From Bugula neritina (Eukaryota; Animalia; Bryozoa): a stretch of DNA of 64,000 nucleotides. The stretch spans positions 25,250,628-25,314,627 of the forward strand of contig OZ037767.1 in the NCBI GenBank assembly GCA_964035545.1. The letters run 5' to 3'. The position numbers and the translations under genes were made by a program. Below are positions 1 to 13,446 of this stretch, piece by piece (the stretch's first letter is position 1; every line of letters begins with the position of its first letter). The notes under the pieces were generated by a model. That model saw only the letters and a list, made by a program, of their open reading frames with translations. It did no database searches and was not told the DNA's origin.

Positions 1-932
1 TTTATTTTTGTAAAAATGTTTGAACAAATGGAAAGTTTGTCTATGTAGTTTTCGAATAAATGCAGCGTTTTAGTAAAATTTATCACCAAGAGTGATATTC
101 AGAAAGTTTTTTCTAATTTTTTTGTTAATTTAAAAAAATAATTACCTGTTCTAGATAAAGAGTCAATTTAAATTTAGAGGCAGCATAAATTAGTTGGTGG
201 ATATGACGCATGTGCTGTCTACAACTCTCAAAGTGCTCACACAGTTTAGTAAACATGTACTGCATGAAGAATTACAATTTAAAGATAATAAAAAACTTGT
301 AAGTAATTTTATTAAAATAATTTTTCAGAAAAGCTTAATTGGATTTGTTAAAATAGGGATTTTAAAAAAATAGTCTGTTCAGGTTTGGCCAATTTCTTTT
401 TTCCAAGGGTGATAGTAAATTTTAATTGACTTTATTAAAGTCGAGTTTAGAAAAGGTAAGATTTTTTTTGCATTCAATGCATTAACTTTCAAGCTACGAA
501 ATGTAACTTTGTTCTCTGCTTTTGTGTGATTTAAAAGTTGTTTTGTTAAGTTTGATATTATCATACAACATTTATACATATGCAAATTTCTAAAAGAAAA
601 ATAATTATCACAAACACCACTGTAGAGTAACTAAAATTAGTTATATTATATGAAGCTTGTATACATTTGTAGTCATTAAGCAAGCCTTTGAACCCTATAT
701 TTGTTAGTAAAAAATCCAGCTTAAAATTGACAGATATGACTAACAGGCATAAACAATTTGTGTATATTATAACTGGTATAATTTAATATAAAATAAAAAA
801 ATAGTATAACAAAATATATCAAAGTCTGGACTGACCCATATTTAAATTACAAGAGTTTAGTGCCAAGCACTTGTAAAAATAATATTATATTTAAATTTTA
901 CAGTTTAAAAGTAATGGAAAATCACAATATGT

Positions 933-1150
933 TCACTTTCTCATGGGTCCATATAGCATAGTAAAGAGAGTGGCAGGGTGTACAACGTTGGAACCATGAG
1001 GGGAAAACTCCAAGTCAGAAGGTTTTACAAACTTCATTTCTAACTGATTCCTGGTGTTGAATTGAACTTGTAGAAGTGATTGATGATATTTACTGTCAAC
1101 ATCTATGAGTATGAGTTGAACATATAGAGAGGTTTCTCTAAAGAGTAATT
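933..1150 (-). pseudogene. Decayed orphan copy of exon 5 of the secreted beta-trefoil-like family
   Basis: Close nucleotide match to the reverse complement of exon 5 (gaaggttttacaaacttca...gattcctggtgttgaattgaacttgtagaagtgattgatgata...gagaggtttctctaaagagtaa), with indels (extra 'at' at ~1123, deletion near 980-1010). Truncated where the Penelope-like relic begins. Confidence 0.85.
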
Positions 1151-1174
1151 ATAGACACATATAGACACACACAT

Positions 1175-1740
1175 ATAGACAGGCGCGAGAAAATAGTTTT
1201 AAATTGAAAAAAACCTATCCTCAACACCAATTCTGAACAAGGGACAAAATATGACAGCAATTTTGATGTCGCCATGGGAAGGTATGACAATGCTGAAGCC
1301 TGCCAACTAACTGGAACTTACCTGCTAAGTTTGTTATTCACCGAAATAAATCTGGACTGCAACTTTGGTTTTATACAGATATGACGGACTTATAGTTTGC
1401 AAAGGAACACACCACAGTATTAAACAGAATAAAAAAAGAACTTGCTGCTTTTTCAGAAAATTAAATCTCCAATGTTAAACAAACCTTACACCAAACTAGG
1501 AAAAACTACCCTTTACACACACAAACAATTAAGCAACCACCTTAACCTATAGCTGCAGTACTGAAAAGCTCACCAGAAAATATAAATAAAAGACTTAGTG
1601 CACTATCATCCAGTAAAACTGAGTTCAATGCCACTGTGCGATGCTACCAAGATGTACTCATAAACAGTGGGTACAACTTTATGTAAATTGAAATACAATC
1701 CAGCATTGAAACCTATTAAAAATAGGAAAAAAAACATAAA
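1175..1740 (+). mobile_element. Degraded Penelope-like retroelement RT fragment
   Basis: Broken frames give FDVAMGRYDNAEACQLTGTYLLSL, YRYDGL and LPENINKRLSALSSSKTEF...YQDVLINSGY. These match the Penelope-like RT motifs FDVxMGSYDGAExCELVG, GLYRDDGL and INxRLSxLSS..YQxALxxSGY. Frameshifted. Confidence 0.7.
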
Positions 1741-1979
1741 TCAAGCAGTTTGACATTTTTGAAAGATACTTTATAAATTTTATAGCTTTAGTTATGTTGG
1801 ATTTATTGGGAAAAGAAGGAATGCTTTTATAGTTGTTGTGTTGTCAGAATTTAAGGGAGAGTTCTGATCTTGCATTATTACAACTTGCAGTTTGTAAACC
1901 TTATAAATCTCTTAATTGATTCACTATTTACCCTAGAAAGAGGTCGCTGGTTGCATTCAAACTGTAACTAAATAAGTAA

Positions 1980-4900
1980 ATGTTACCATCTCACTCTCCG
2001 CCTGCATACTGCGTGATGTCTAAAACAGAAGATACTGAAGAGCTGATCCCAGCCAGTAAGAGATATGAAGACGTCTCTCTCAGTGCTGAATATGTCAAGT
2101 CGAGAATCAGATATCCGAATTCTGTGTTTGAGACAGTCATGGGCTATGTTGAAGAATCGGTGAGACTCATATATTACTGTACACTATAATATGCATGCTA
2201 TATGTATGCTATACATATTCTATACATATGCTATGCATATGCATATATGTATGCTATATCTATGCTATTATATACATACATTATGCTATATGTAAGCTAT
2301 ACATATATACTATGCATCTGATATACATATTTTTATATATGTGTTATACATATGCTACTAATATGTTATGCATATGCTATGCATCTGCTATACACTTTAA
2401 ACAGATTTAGATTTAAAAATATAAAACTTAGTGCAAATAAGCAGTTTTCTATAAATTGAAAAAGCTATGTGTACAACAGATAGAAAAACTGGAAAAAAGC
2501 TTTTTTAGATATAAAAATGTCAACATGTAGATTGGTTGCACGTTAACAGAGCACTCTACTGTCAAATATAGTCTGAGGTACTCACAAGGCATGCAGGCAC
2601 CTTGTAAATACGTTGATGATTATTTTAAATAATCCAACAGAGTTCTGACAATTTTTTCAATTTTTTTATGCCTATAACTTATTATAGCCAGCATTTACAC
2701 TGAATTTCACGATGTGTTTTCATGTCTGTGATATGCAAAAATTCCATCAATCAATCATATTATTGTATATTTTATCTTAACTACTTGATTGTTTCTCTGA
2801 TAAGGAGTTGACTGTTCATGAACACAATATCCCATATATTATTATATGTACATCACTAACTTACTGAAGTGCATTCAATATTCATTAGCTTGGTCAACCA
2901 CCCAAATACCCCTTAGCTGTGGACGTTGGATGTGGACCAGGCTTAATGTCTACAGTATTCTTAGCTCCATACTTTGATAAAGTACTTGGAGTAGACATCA
3001 GTGAGTCCCAGATAGAGCAGGCAACCCTTCAAAACCGGCATCTGAACATTAGCTATATGTAAGTGTTGTAATATAATGAAGATGATAACTATAAGGATGT
3101 ATTCTAATATAAACATCAACTACTGTATGCTGTATTGTGATTTGAATTATCATTTCATTACTAGATAGCCGAAGTTTGAAAAGTAAAACTAATGAAATCA
3201 GACTGATTCTATGTAAATTTTGTTTATTTGTCAATTAAAGTCATACTACATGCATCCCTTCAGAGTTTCCCCAGGAGAGTCCCTCCCTGTAGAGGACAAC
3301 TCCGTAACCCTGGTGCAAGCTGCTACAGCACTGCACTGGTTGGATCATGAAAAGTTCTACAGAGAATGTGACAGAGTTCTGGTTCCTGGAGGAGTTATTG
3401 CTGCCTTTAACTATAAGCTGGATATAGAAGTGATAAAACACCCTAACAGCAATCAGCTTCATCAAATCTTTTCAGAGGTTTGAAAAGACAATTTTTTCAA
3501 AAGCTTAAAATGCAGTCAAATATTCTAATATATGAATGAAATATAATCAAATTCAAGAATATATCACTATATTATGTTCATAACACATTTGCTTTGCATG
3601 AAAACTGCTGATAAAATGTCAAATTATTGCTTTAATAGACCCTTTTAGAGATTCCCAATGTCCCCCTTATACAATTAAGAGTTGTGGTCCCTCAAAATGA
3701 AATTTGTCTTGCAAAGTAGGCTTGAACTCATTTTTGTGGTTTTGGTTGATGCATGAGCAATGCTTAAGTGCCACTACATAAATGCATTCAAGGTTATTTC
3801 TGTCAAAATTATCTAGGAAGAGATATTTTTAAAATTTCTTTGAACTGCTAATATGTGTGCTTATACCAAAATATCTATCTCCTAAAATTATAATTATATA
3901 GCATAATTAGAATTCTAAGTAGCAGCCAAACTTTAAATTGTTAATGAGTTTGTTTTTTACACAAAGGTTCAACCTTGTTCACTGTGGGAAACCACAACTC
4001 TTAATTGTAAAGGGGATATCAGGGACCTCTGAAAAGGGTCTATTGTCGTACTGAATGAGTATAACTGTTTACTTCAAATGTTTTTTCATTTAATAAAAAT
4101 GTTTTCATACTGTTTAATATTTGCTGTTGTGCTTTGCAGCTTACTATCAGTATAATATATTATAACTTTATTGTTCTATATTAGATAATGGACAGGATAA
4201 CTTCATCCAGTGAAAATCCATATTTCTCTAAACACTGCAGAATGGTTTTAAACAAATACACTGACCCTTCAATGCAGATACCTTATGAAAGCAGAAAGAG
4301 GTGAAAATTTACAATTATATACATACAGTGATGCTTAGTCATACTGTTAGCAGTTAATTAATCTACTTTTAAGTTAACTTTGAGTCTCATAAAATAAAAC
4401 TATATACTTAGAAAACGAAGGTATAGGTGCAGTAATGGAGAAATTGAGAAAAGCCTGTGTTTTAGATTAGAAATGTAACAAAAGAAGTTATGCTCTCACA
4501 AGAATTTCAACCTACGCCCCAAACCAAAATTCAATAATAAAATTAAAGAACTTGGGCTTTCTCAATTTCTCCACTACTGTTCCAAGTGTAAAACAAAGTT
4601 TTCTAGTGTCTTTTGTCTGCATTCAGTTCCAATTATATGAGCTTGCTACTCAATCACTGGGTCTCTGTGATTGTTCTTCCAGACTAGACGGTCAGTACAT
4701 GGAGGTCTCCAGCACGATATCTGATTCGTTGAGGTGTCTGATGACTGCTGCCTTTGTCAAACATTATGTCAACAGTTGTGAAGAAAATAAGAAGTGGTGG
4801 CAAGATTGTCATACAAGGTATATTTGGGTGTGCATATAATACGTATACAATAGCTAAGAATATATTGTACCTGCAAAAAGGCCAGCATGTTTGTATTTAG

Positions 4901-5495
4901 CAGCACTTCAGACTAGATAAGCAATTAATGTACTACAGAAAAAGTATGCAGTGAGAAAAAGTTGTAGCTTAAATTTTTGGCTATAATCTAAGCAAAAGCT
5001 CTGGCTGGAAAGTTGGCAAGTAGATATGGACTTTCTTGCAGTTAGATTTGCCACGTGATGCAAGAACATGAGTAAGACACAGGAGCAGTCTTGTGACTTT
5101 GTGACAGTATACGTTTTCATGACCTTGGGTTCATCTCATAGTGCTACTAAAGCTTAGGTAGAGTTTGAGCCACTTATCTTATGGGAATAAATGATTTCAT
5201 ACTACACCAACACCCCCTTATACTTTCGATATAATATCCTGTTTAGTGTATACAGTTATATAATATACTGTTTAGTGTATACATGGGTATAGGAAATAAT
5301 GTTTAATATACACATAATACACTGTTGAGTGTATAATACACACTCACCAGTGTATCATGTATATACTTACCATATATTATATGGTAAGTATTCTAACATT
5401 TCAGACTAATGGAGGCATATGGTACAGATGATCCAGAGGCACCCTTAATTTATCAGCTCGAAGTCTTTATGCTTCTGGGACAGAAACCAAAATAA
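1980..5495 (+). CDS. Class I SAM-dependent methyltransferase (Methyltransf_11 type), 6 exons
   Basis: Exons 1980(or 2016)-2159, 2889-3058, 3264-3477, 4185-4300, 4683-4817, 5405-5495; all GT-AG and phase-compatible. Motif I AVDVGCGPG, then LGVDISESQIEQA, ESLPVEDNSVTLVQAATALHW and RVLVPGG; ends FMLLGQKPK*. Confidence 0.9.
2185..2395. repeat. Low-complexity ATGCTAT/ATAC simple repeat in intron 1
   Basis: Degenerate repeats of atatgctat/atacat visible in the sequence. Confidence 0.7.
3634..4044. mobile_element. MITE / non-autonomous DNA transposon in methyltransferase intron 3
   Basis: ~55-bp imperfect terminal inverted repeats: aatagacccttttagagattccc..cccctt.tacaattaagagttgtggt versus accacaactcttaattgtaaagggga..gggacctctgaaaagggtctatt. 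No ORF. Confidence 0.75.
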
Positions 5496-5992
5496 GCCGA
5501 GAGATCCTAAACAGTGAAAATGAGCATAAGTCTGTTTGTTTTTTCATTTCATAGAATTTAGTTCTGTGTGAAGGTTCAAATAGCAACAGAACTCTGTCTA
5601 CAATCTGTCATACTAACCACTTAATTATTTAGCATACAAAAGTTGAGTGTTGATTTTCCCACAAAGTTGTCTTTTCAACAGTATAATAAACTAGTACTAT
5701 AAAGATTTACTTTAGCTTGCCAATAGCTATATATTCTAAATAACATATCTGTTGAGAAAAACTGGGACTAGAACATGTGATCTAGATATGGTTATCTGAG
5801 GAGTATTACACAACAACTTAATGAATAAATAGCTAGTATAGTATTCATGTTGATACATGCAGTGTTCAAATTTATTTTTTTGTAAAACAAACTCAAGCTC
5901 ACAACCATGGGCAACATACCAGTATGATCTAAATATATCATGTAGTACTGTATTAAAACTCTCAAAATACTGATACATGCAGTTAAAAATCA

Positions 5993-6197
<205 letters not shown>

Positions 6198-6495
6198 AGA
6201 CAAGAGTCTTTTAATGTAAGTTTACGCTGTTATTTTTTTAATATGACTCATGTCATACTTTGTTGTGAATTGCTAAATTGTTGCATGCTAGCATATTATG
6301 AAGATTCTCCATTATTAGAGAAAAAGGTGAGTAACTTTCCATGCTATGGCTGCAGATGGTCAAAAACTGGTAAGTGATTGAGGAAGTAAATGTTTTTGAC
6401 TATAAAATGCTGCGACAGAATTTACATGATTGAATTTTCCACCTTAGGATACTTGATTTTATAGAATGGTATTTACTATGCTATGTATTCATTAT

Positions 6496-6522
6496 TGACT
6501 CATTCAAATCTGGAAATTCCCC
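6496..6522. promoter_or_regulatory. AP-1 site plus NF-kB-type site ~1 kb upstream of copy A1
   Basis: TGACTCA at 6496-6502 and GGAAATTCCCC at 6512-6522 (reverse complement GGGGAATTTCC). TATAAAA at 7395-7401. Confidence 0.5.
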
Positions 6523-7505
6523 TTGACAGAGAAAATGTAAACATAAGCTTTTGTTAATCAAACCAAAGCTTTAAATTTACATTCATTGACTTTATTCAAC
6601 TTCAATTATTAGTTTTATTATTGCCTCTAATAAGAGCTCAAATGCTTAAATGTTTTGAAATCAAAAACGTTTCCTTATAAGCAGTTCTACTATGTACAAA
6701 AATTTATTCAGGTTTTTTAGCAATCTATTTTTTAAAAAAAAAGAACATGCTCAAAGGTTTTGTTACTCAAGCTATTTTTTAGAATGTGTTGTTTAAATGA
6801 CTAAGTGGTTAGCATAGTATTATATAGGAATTCCTAAACAAATAATTTTTTTTCACCATCATTTCGTTTGGTTACTCAACATTTTGTTCTCATTACAAAT
6901 TCTTTTTGTCATGTGAAAAAAATATTTTACAGCTAATTGAAGGATCTGAAATTTTGAACTTTAAAAAAAAAGTAATGGATAAGCTTAAATTAACAAAGAC
7001 AAATAAGTCTTCTAGTAAAACAACTATAATTTTATAATTAATGCTAACATGAAAACCAATATTCGAGTGTCTTCAGTCTAAAAATACACCTATGATTCTC
7101 TGTTGTTTTAATTTTCTTAAAACATACAATAAAGGACTTTCAGCTGCATGTAACAGAAAATTATATACCAGGCGTTAGACACTGCAGAGCTGCAGAACAT
7201 CTAATGCAGTAATATATATTTTTAATGAAAGGAAATGAAGCTGGTAGGGAGCTTAGCAATACATATGTGGTATTTTCCATAAAGTAAAATATATTCTACA
7301 TAAAAAGATGCTCATCAATTACATCCCTTTTCAAAGAGATAAATACAAAATGATCATCTTATTTCGCAACACTTGGGAAAAGGCCATCATTTACTATAAA
7401 AGACAAACGAGATGGCATTTAAAGCCATATCAACTTTTCAATAGTTACAGCTTGGATACTGTTTTTTTCAAATTCATTTTAATAACCATAGAGAAATTAA
7501 TCAGC

Positions 7506-8790
7506 ATGAAGGTAAGTATAATATCTGTATTAGATGAAAGTACTTTGAGAGAATATTGACAACTTTATGATTAAATGATATTGTAATTAAGTCAATGGCT
7601 TAATTGATTTCTAACTTTTGATTGCTCTTTTTTTTTAACTAGGCAACTCTTATTTTCCTGATGGCTGTGCAAGGAATAGCTAGTTACGCTTCTGGGACAT
7701 CAGGTAATACTGGAAGAGCCCTTAAAAGAATGTCAGATATTAATGATGAAGCCATGAAACAGGCATTGATACTGGTACGAATATTTGTTATAAGTAAAAG
7801 TATAACTTTTGGTATTGGGAGTTTATATAACATACTTTGCAATCAATCAAAATATTTTTTAGAAATATAAGTTACAGTATACTCGTACATATATGAGTAG
7901 CTTTACGAGCAATACTTTTTTATATTGTCAACTATTATATCAAATGTTGAGAAACAGTTTATATTTACTGAATGACAGAAAGCATGTGTTGTAGCCGGAT
8001 ATGAGTAGCAGAGTTCAGTTATACAGCCATCTTGGAAACGGATTTCTGCATGTTCAACAGAAATCCAACAAAAATCAGGAGAAACCACTCAAAGCAAGAA
8101 ATTCTGACTCTCACAAAACCAGTATGCATGCATAACCTCTACAAATTCTACCATACTACATTATTATATTATGGCGTTTTTTATTTGCACTTGAATTCCT
8201 TTCAGTATATAATGTTGACTCGTACTTGTAGCATATTTATGGCGATCTAGAAGTTCCAATGGGAAATCCTATCTTGTAACCTTTATGACAAATACTGGAG
8301 TAACCAACTATAATGGTAATTCCCCTCTTCATCCAGATGGAGTTCTTGAGAGATTAGTCAAATCTGGAGACCGTCTGGTCGCTAAAGTAAGTGTTCTTCA
8401 ATATCGTAATAGACTGCTGAACATCTAAAATCATGAGGAAATACATCACAGTTTATACAGATGCACTTATTTACCTATACCTTTATGTTGTAGAAAGTGG
8501 ATATTGATGAAGCTGCACATTTTCTGGTTAAACGATTTCCTCCAGTTTGTAATGAGACTAAAGATTACTCTTTAGAGAAACCTCTCTATGTTCAACTCAT
8601 GCTCATAGATGTTGATAGTGAATATCATCAATCACTTCTACAAGTTCAATTCAACACCAGGAATCAGTTAGAAGTGAAGTTTGTAAAACCTTCTGACCCA
8701 GATTGTCTCCCTCCTGGTCACAATGTTGTCACACCATCTGTACACCCTGGAACTCTGTTTACTATGCTATATGGACCTTGGATAGAGTAA
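7506..8790 (+). CDS. Secreted beta-trefoil-like (IL-1/FGF-fold candidate) protein, subtype A, copy A1, 238 aa
   Basis: Exons 7506-7511 (MK), 7643-7774, 7995-8121, 8232-8386, 8494-8790; GT-AG, phases 0,0,1,0. Hydrophobic N-terminus MKATLIFLMAVQGIASYASG, KR site, core PDMSSRVQLYSHLGNGFLHV...GDRLVAK|KVDIDEAAHFLV...HPGTLFTMLYGPWIE. The gene model is solid; the fold assignment is inference. Confidence 0.85.
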
Positions 8791-11343
8791 CTCATTGTCT
8801 TTGTTGCATGTGTTTATCTTGCATAGTTCCTTAAATAAAATAATCCCTAAGCTACATCATTAAAACATATTTTCTATAACAAATTATTATATCTTTATAA
8901 CGTTTAAAATCTTACAATTTAGTTGTTATTTATTTATTTTCACTTCATAAAATTAATTTTAGTTATTATTTGAAACTTTTATTGTATGGTTTCAATTGTT
9001 AACAGTTATTTATATTCATAATATTACATTTACGTATAACTTTTGAATTTAATAAATTAATTTCAAATTAGCTTAAATCTGTGTTCTGTGCACTAATATT
9101 AAATTTATTATTATTTGAGTCAGCTTGAATTTTCTCCAAAATGGGTCTGCCGCAATTATAGGCTTACACAGTACAAATAGTTATATAATATCAATGTACT
9201 ATACAGTACAATCATCAAAATTACAAAAAAATGTAGAAACAAGAATTATGTAAAGGAGACTTTAACATGGGTTGTAAGTGTCTTGCATCCTTTTACCTAT
9301 TTATCTAAAACAAAATTTATAAATAAATAATACAGTAATATAAAATCAAAGATGCTGCAAATTCTAAATCAGCACCCAAGGCTAAATAAAGGCCAAGTAT
9401 GCAGTGCATTAAAACTTTCCAGATGTTACTGAAAATTAGTTATATAACAATTAATGCTACAATTAAGTTCACTCTATTTGAATTAACATGTTTGTCATGA
9501 AAAATAGCTAGATATAACAAAGCATTGATAGTAATATCACAAGTTAATAGTAGCTGTCAAATCCTATAGAAAATAAGATGAAAAATTCTTTCATAAAAAG
9601 CAATTAGTTTCTATATTATAATAAAATGCTGTTTGTTTGAATAACAACAATGAAAGAGTAGCATTCAGGTAATAAACAAAAGCAGTCTTTCAATATTGAC
9701 ATCATGTTTAGGAATTTAAATTAATAACTGAACACATAGTAAATAGTACAAAAAAAATATATCATGATATATTTTAATCAGATTTGTAATATTTGAAAGA
9801 TCCAAAATTAACTTTTACGGTTTTCTGGTGACCATATCAATTCAAACGGAAGGTATACAACTGAGTGAAGTTTTGAGAGCGACTTATATATGAACAACAA
9901 TATGTAACCTGGATCTAATAAGATCAAAGGTTTATTAGTGATGATAATTATTGAAATAGTTTGTTTTCTAATGCAAAAAGTAAGATGCATCCATCACTGA
10001 TAGTTACACAATTTAAATATTTCAATTGTTTCAATACATACTCTGTTTTCGAGTAGGTGGCAGCATCACAACACCAAGTTCATTTGGGTCATTGCATGCA
10101 AGCATATCTGTACTAAAAGAAAAGAGATAATTGCATCGAAGATTTGTGTAATTTATTAACAACAAAGCCATAATTGCCATATGTGCATTATAAGTACCAT
10201 CAAAATATAAAAATATTCACTCATACAAAAAGTTTGAAACTGACCTTCAACTTTAGGTCAAGGAGAAAGCTTGAAAGCTCTGCTTTCTATTTAGCACCAA
10301 TTAAGCTATACTATAGAGGCTATGCTGTTTAAACAACCTACCTGGCTATATTAGAGCAGAAATGTGAAACTATTAAACCTTACAACTATTTGACATCCTT
10401 GTCTATGATGGCACAAATGATCATTTTAAAGAAGTTAAAAAACGTATCTTATCATATCACAACAAGCTCCAAGCTTAGTACCATGCAATCTAAATGGTTG
10501 CTTATTATATTTACAATCTTTGATTGACAATATAGAAAAGTCATCTATAAGTTATAGAATATTTCATAGCTAACAGTTATATCTTCACATTTGATATAAA
10601 CTTTGTAATTCTTTGTATTATTAGTTTTAGCACAAGTTAACAACATATTAAGATGTTCTCGCTCATAACTTCCTAATTATTTGTTTCAAGTTTATTTAGT
10701 TTTAGCAAAAAATTATGAGCACAGTAAACATTTTAATATATTTCCAGTATTGTAAATGAGGCCTTATACTTTTTTACATTTTCGATTCTATGTCTTTTAT
10801 AAAGTTGGCCTAACACCATGTTAATTTAAATTTTATCTATTTCTAGCTTTCACGGGTACAAACAAGTCATGAGTTGTTTAGTAGATGGTGTTTTTATCAA
10901 TGTTCAATAGCTGCTGAATAGTAGCACGGATAAGAATAAAGCAGAAGCTAAACTAGAATACATGTATATGATAGCTGAACTTGGTGCTATTAAGACAGGA
11001 TATAACTTTCAACTGCAATTGTGAACTAATTGAGCTTCAAAAAACCAAGAATTGAACATAGTGAGAGAATCCACTTTATTTTATCAATGAGAGTGAAAAG
11101 CAGTTTATCCACAAATATCAGCCTATGAAGCAAGAAGAAAATAAATAAATATGTATTTATATGGTTTAGCAAAACATATTATTCAATAAATAATTTCAAC
11201 CAAACACAAAAGTAAATGTGAATAATAATATTATAGTGATATAACATAATTAATATATATAAAATAAAAGAATTTAAAACACACAACTTTGAATAATATA
11301 ATAAGACTATGTCTTTGGATTTGGAAAGCGTGAACAATCTGAG

Positions 11344-13243
11344 TTACTCTATCCAAGGTCCATATAACATAGTGAAGAGAGTTCCAGGGTGTACAGATGG
11401 TGTGACAACATTGTGACCAGGAGGGGGACAATCTGGGTCAGAAGGTTTTACAAACTTCACTTCTAACTGATTCCTGGTGTTGAATTGAACTTGTAGAAGT
11501 GATTGATGATATTCACTATCAACATCTATGAGCATGAGTTGAACATAGAGAGGTTTCTCTAAAGAGTAACTTTTAGTCTCATTACAAACTGGAGGAAATC
11601 GTTTAACCAGAAAATGTGCAGCTTCATCAATATCCACTTTCTACAACATAAGAGTATGGGTTGATAAATCCAAAAAACGCATCTGTATAAACTATATGCT
11701 GTATTTTCTCATAATTTTAGATGTTCAGCAGTTTATTGTGATGGAAGAACACTTACTTTAGCGACCAGACGATCTCTGTATCTGACTAATCTTTCAAGAA
11801 CTCCATCTGGATGAAGAGGTGAATTGCCGTTATAGTTCTTTACTCCAGCATTTGTCAAAAAAGTAACCAGGTTGTGTTTTTCTGGTGAACCTCTGGCTCG
11901 GTAAAGGAAACCTAATAAATTATATACATATATACCATATGGTCATAAACTCAAGCTGTTTGACACATTACGCAATCCTCTCAATTGCTGATGATAATTT
12001 ACTTGAGCTCTCTGGATTGAGTTTACACATCTTTGAAATACATTTTAGTAGAAACACAAGTTTTGTATATTGCAAAGGTGTGGGCCATGGTACTCCGTTC
12101 TGTATGCTGATGAAGGGACAAACCCTGAAACAGCTGCTGTACACAGATTGAAGTACGTATAAGTACTTGAATATATATATGTGTGTTAGAGAGAGCTAGT
12201 GTTTTTTATAATGGTACACGATAATATCATATTATAATATGATATAATACTATGATAGTAATATAAACTCACTACTTGAAAGCGAATTTGATCTTCTCAT
12301 TCTGATTAAACTGTTGACAGATCTTGTTGAAGGTACAGCGGAGAGAAAATTATTGGAGATATAACTGTGTAACTGAACTCTGCTACTCATGTCAGGCTGT
12401 AATGATTCAAGTTATGCATTTTATTTGTAACCAGTCGACTAGTTTAATATTTTGGTACAATTTCATAAAATGACTTACTAATTAAGCGACATCATTTTAA
12501 ATTCTTAGGACCAAAACAGCTAACAATGATGTTTTAGTGGAAGTTACTAATACATATAATTATTAGCTTACCAATGTGATCATCTGCTTGACAACCTCTG
12601 CATTAATATCAGATGGTCTTCTTAGCTCATTGGCTACACTTCGTTTGATTTGAGCTCCAGAAATGAAGGTAACCTGGAAAGCTTGTAGGGTAAAGAGAGA
12701 GAGGAAAGCTCCGAGAACAATTGTAGTCTAAAATTATGAATTAATTGTTAGAGAGTTGATTTATTATAGGAGCTAAAGTCCCCATAAAGTAATTGTGACC
12801 ATTAGAATAAAAAAGTCTTTAATGAAAACATGAATTGGTTACTGTCTATGTAGCATATGCGTAGACTAGCAATCACATTATAGCAAATCATAAAAGTTAT
12901 TTCCGGAAGGTAAATTTGGATGTAGACTCCAATTTATCTTTTAGTATGAAAACTTTGTTTTAATAATTTAGTAGGATAATGTATAGCAAGTTTTTAATGC
13001 CTACTAAAATTTTTTTTTAAAATAAACTATATACAATATTTCGGAGGGTGGCAATTTTTGATCTTCAACAACTATATTGCATCATTTTATAGTTGACAAT
13101 TAAAAATTAATAGCAGTTCAACAAGCTGCTTTTACAGTAAATGATCGAAAGATTTAATTAAAAGTTAGCTATTGTAGATGTAATACTTTAATCAATTAAA
13201 TATATCTGCTTAAAACTCAATAAGTTATAACTCTCACCTTCAT
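11344..13243 (-). CDS. Secreted beta-trefoil-like protein, subtype B, copy B1
   Basis: Exons 13243-13238 (MK), 12727-12572, 12396-12273, 11911-11757, 11640-11344; same phases as subtype A. Signal-like MKTTIVLGAFLSLFTLQAFQVTFISGA; KR and RR sites; PDMSSRVQLHSYISNNFLSA. Confidence 0.85.
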
Positions 13244-13354
13244 TTTTATGAGTTTAAAATTCTAAAAAGGAATAATTTGAGATTTCTCTGTGTAGAATAT
13301 GTTTATCCTGGTCAGATATTTTCTGGTAATGCTTGTTCTCATAACTTCACTCAG

Positions 13355-13446
13355 TTTTATACCTTTCATCTGTTTTGATAATGTCTCAACTAATATTTCA
13401 CAATTAAAAAATGTTTTTAACTGTAAAATTTAATTTGGGAATTTCC
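13355..13446 (-). promoter_or_regulatory. B1 core promoter: TATA box and consensus kB site
   Basis: TATAAAA on the minus strand at 13355-13361; GGGAATTTCC at 13437-13446. Both are conserved in B2 and B3. Confidence 0.6.

Noticed and set aside
8497-8790. Stand-alone 97-aa genes (MDIDEAAH...) as given in the ORF track
   Set aside because: They start at GTG immediately after a splice acceptor; they are exon 5 of spliced genes.
7506-8790. Assigning a gene symbol such as FGF8 or IL1B
   Set aside because: Similarity is at motif and intron-phase level only; the diagnostic FGF Cys and the IL-1 signature are absent.
12900-12909. TTCCGGAA as a STAT site in B1/B2 intron 1
   Set aside because: Non-standard spacing and not conserved in B3.
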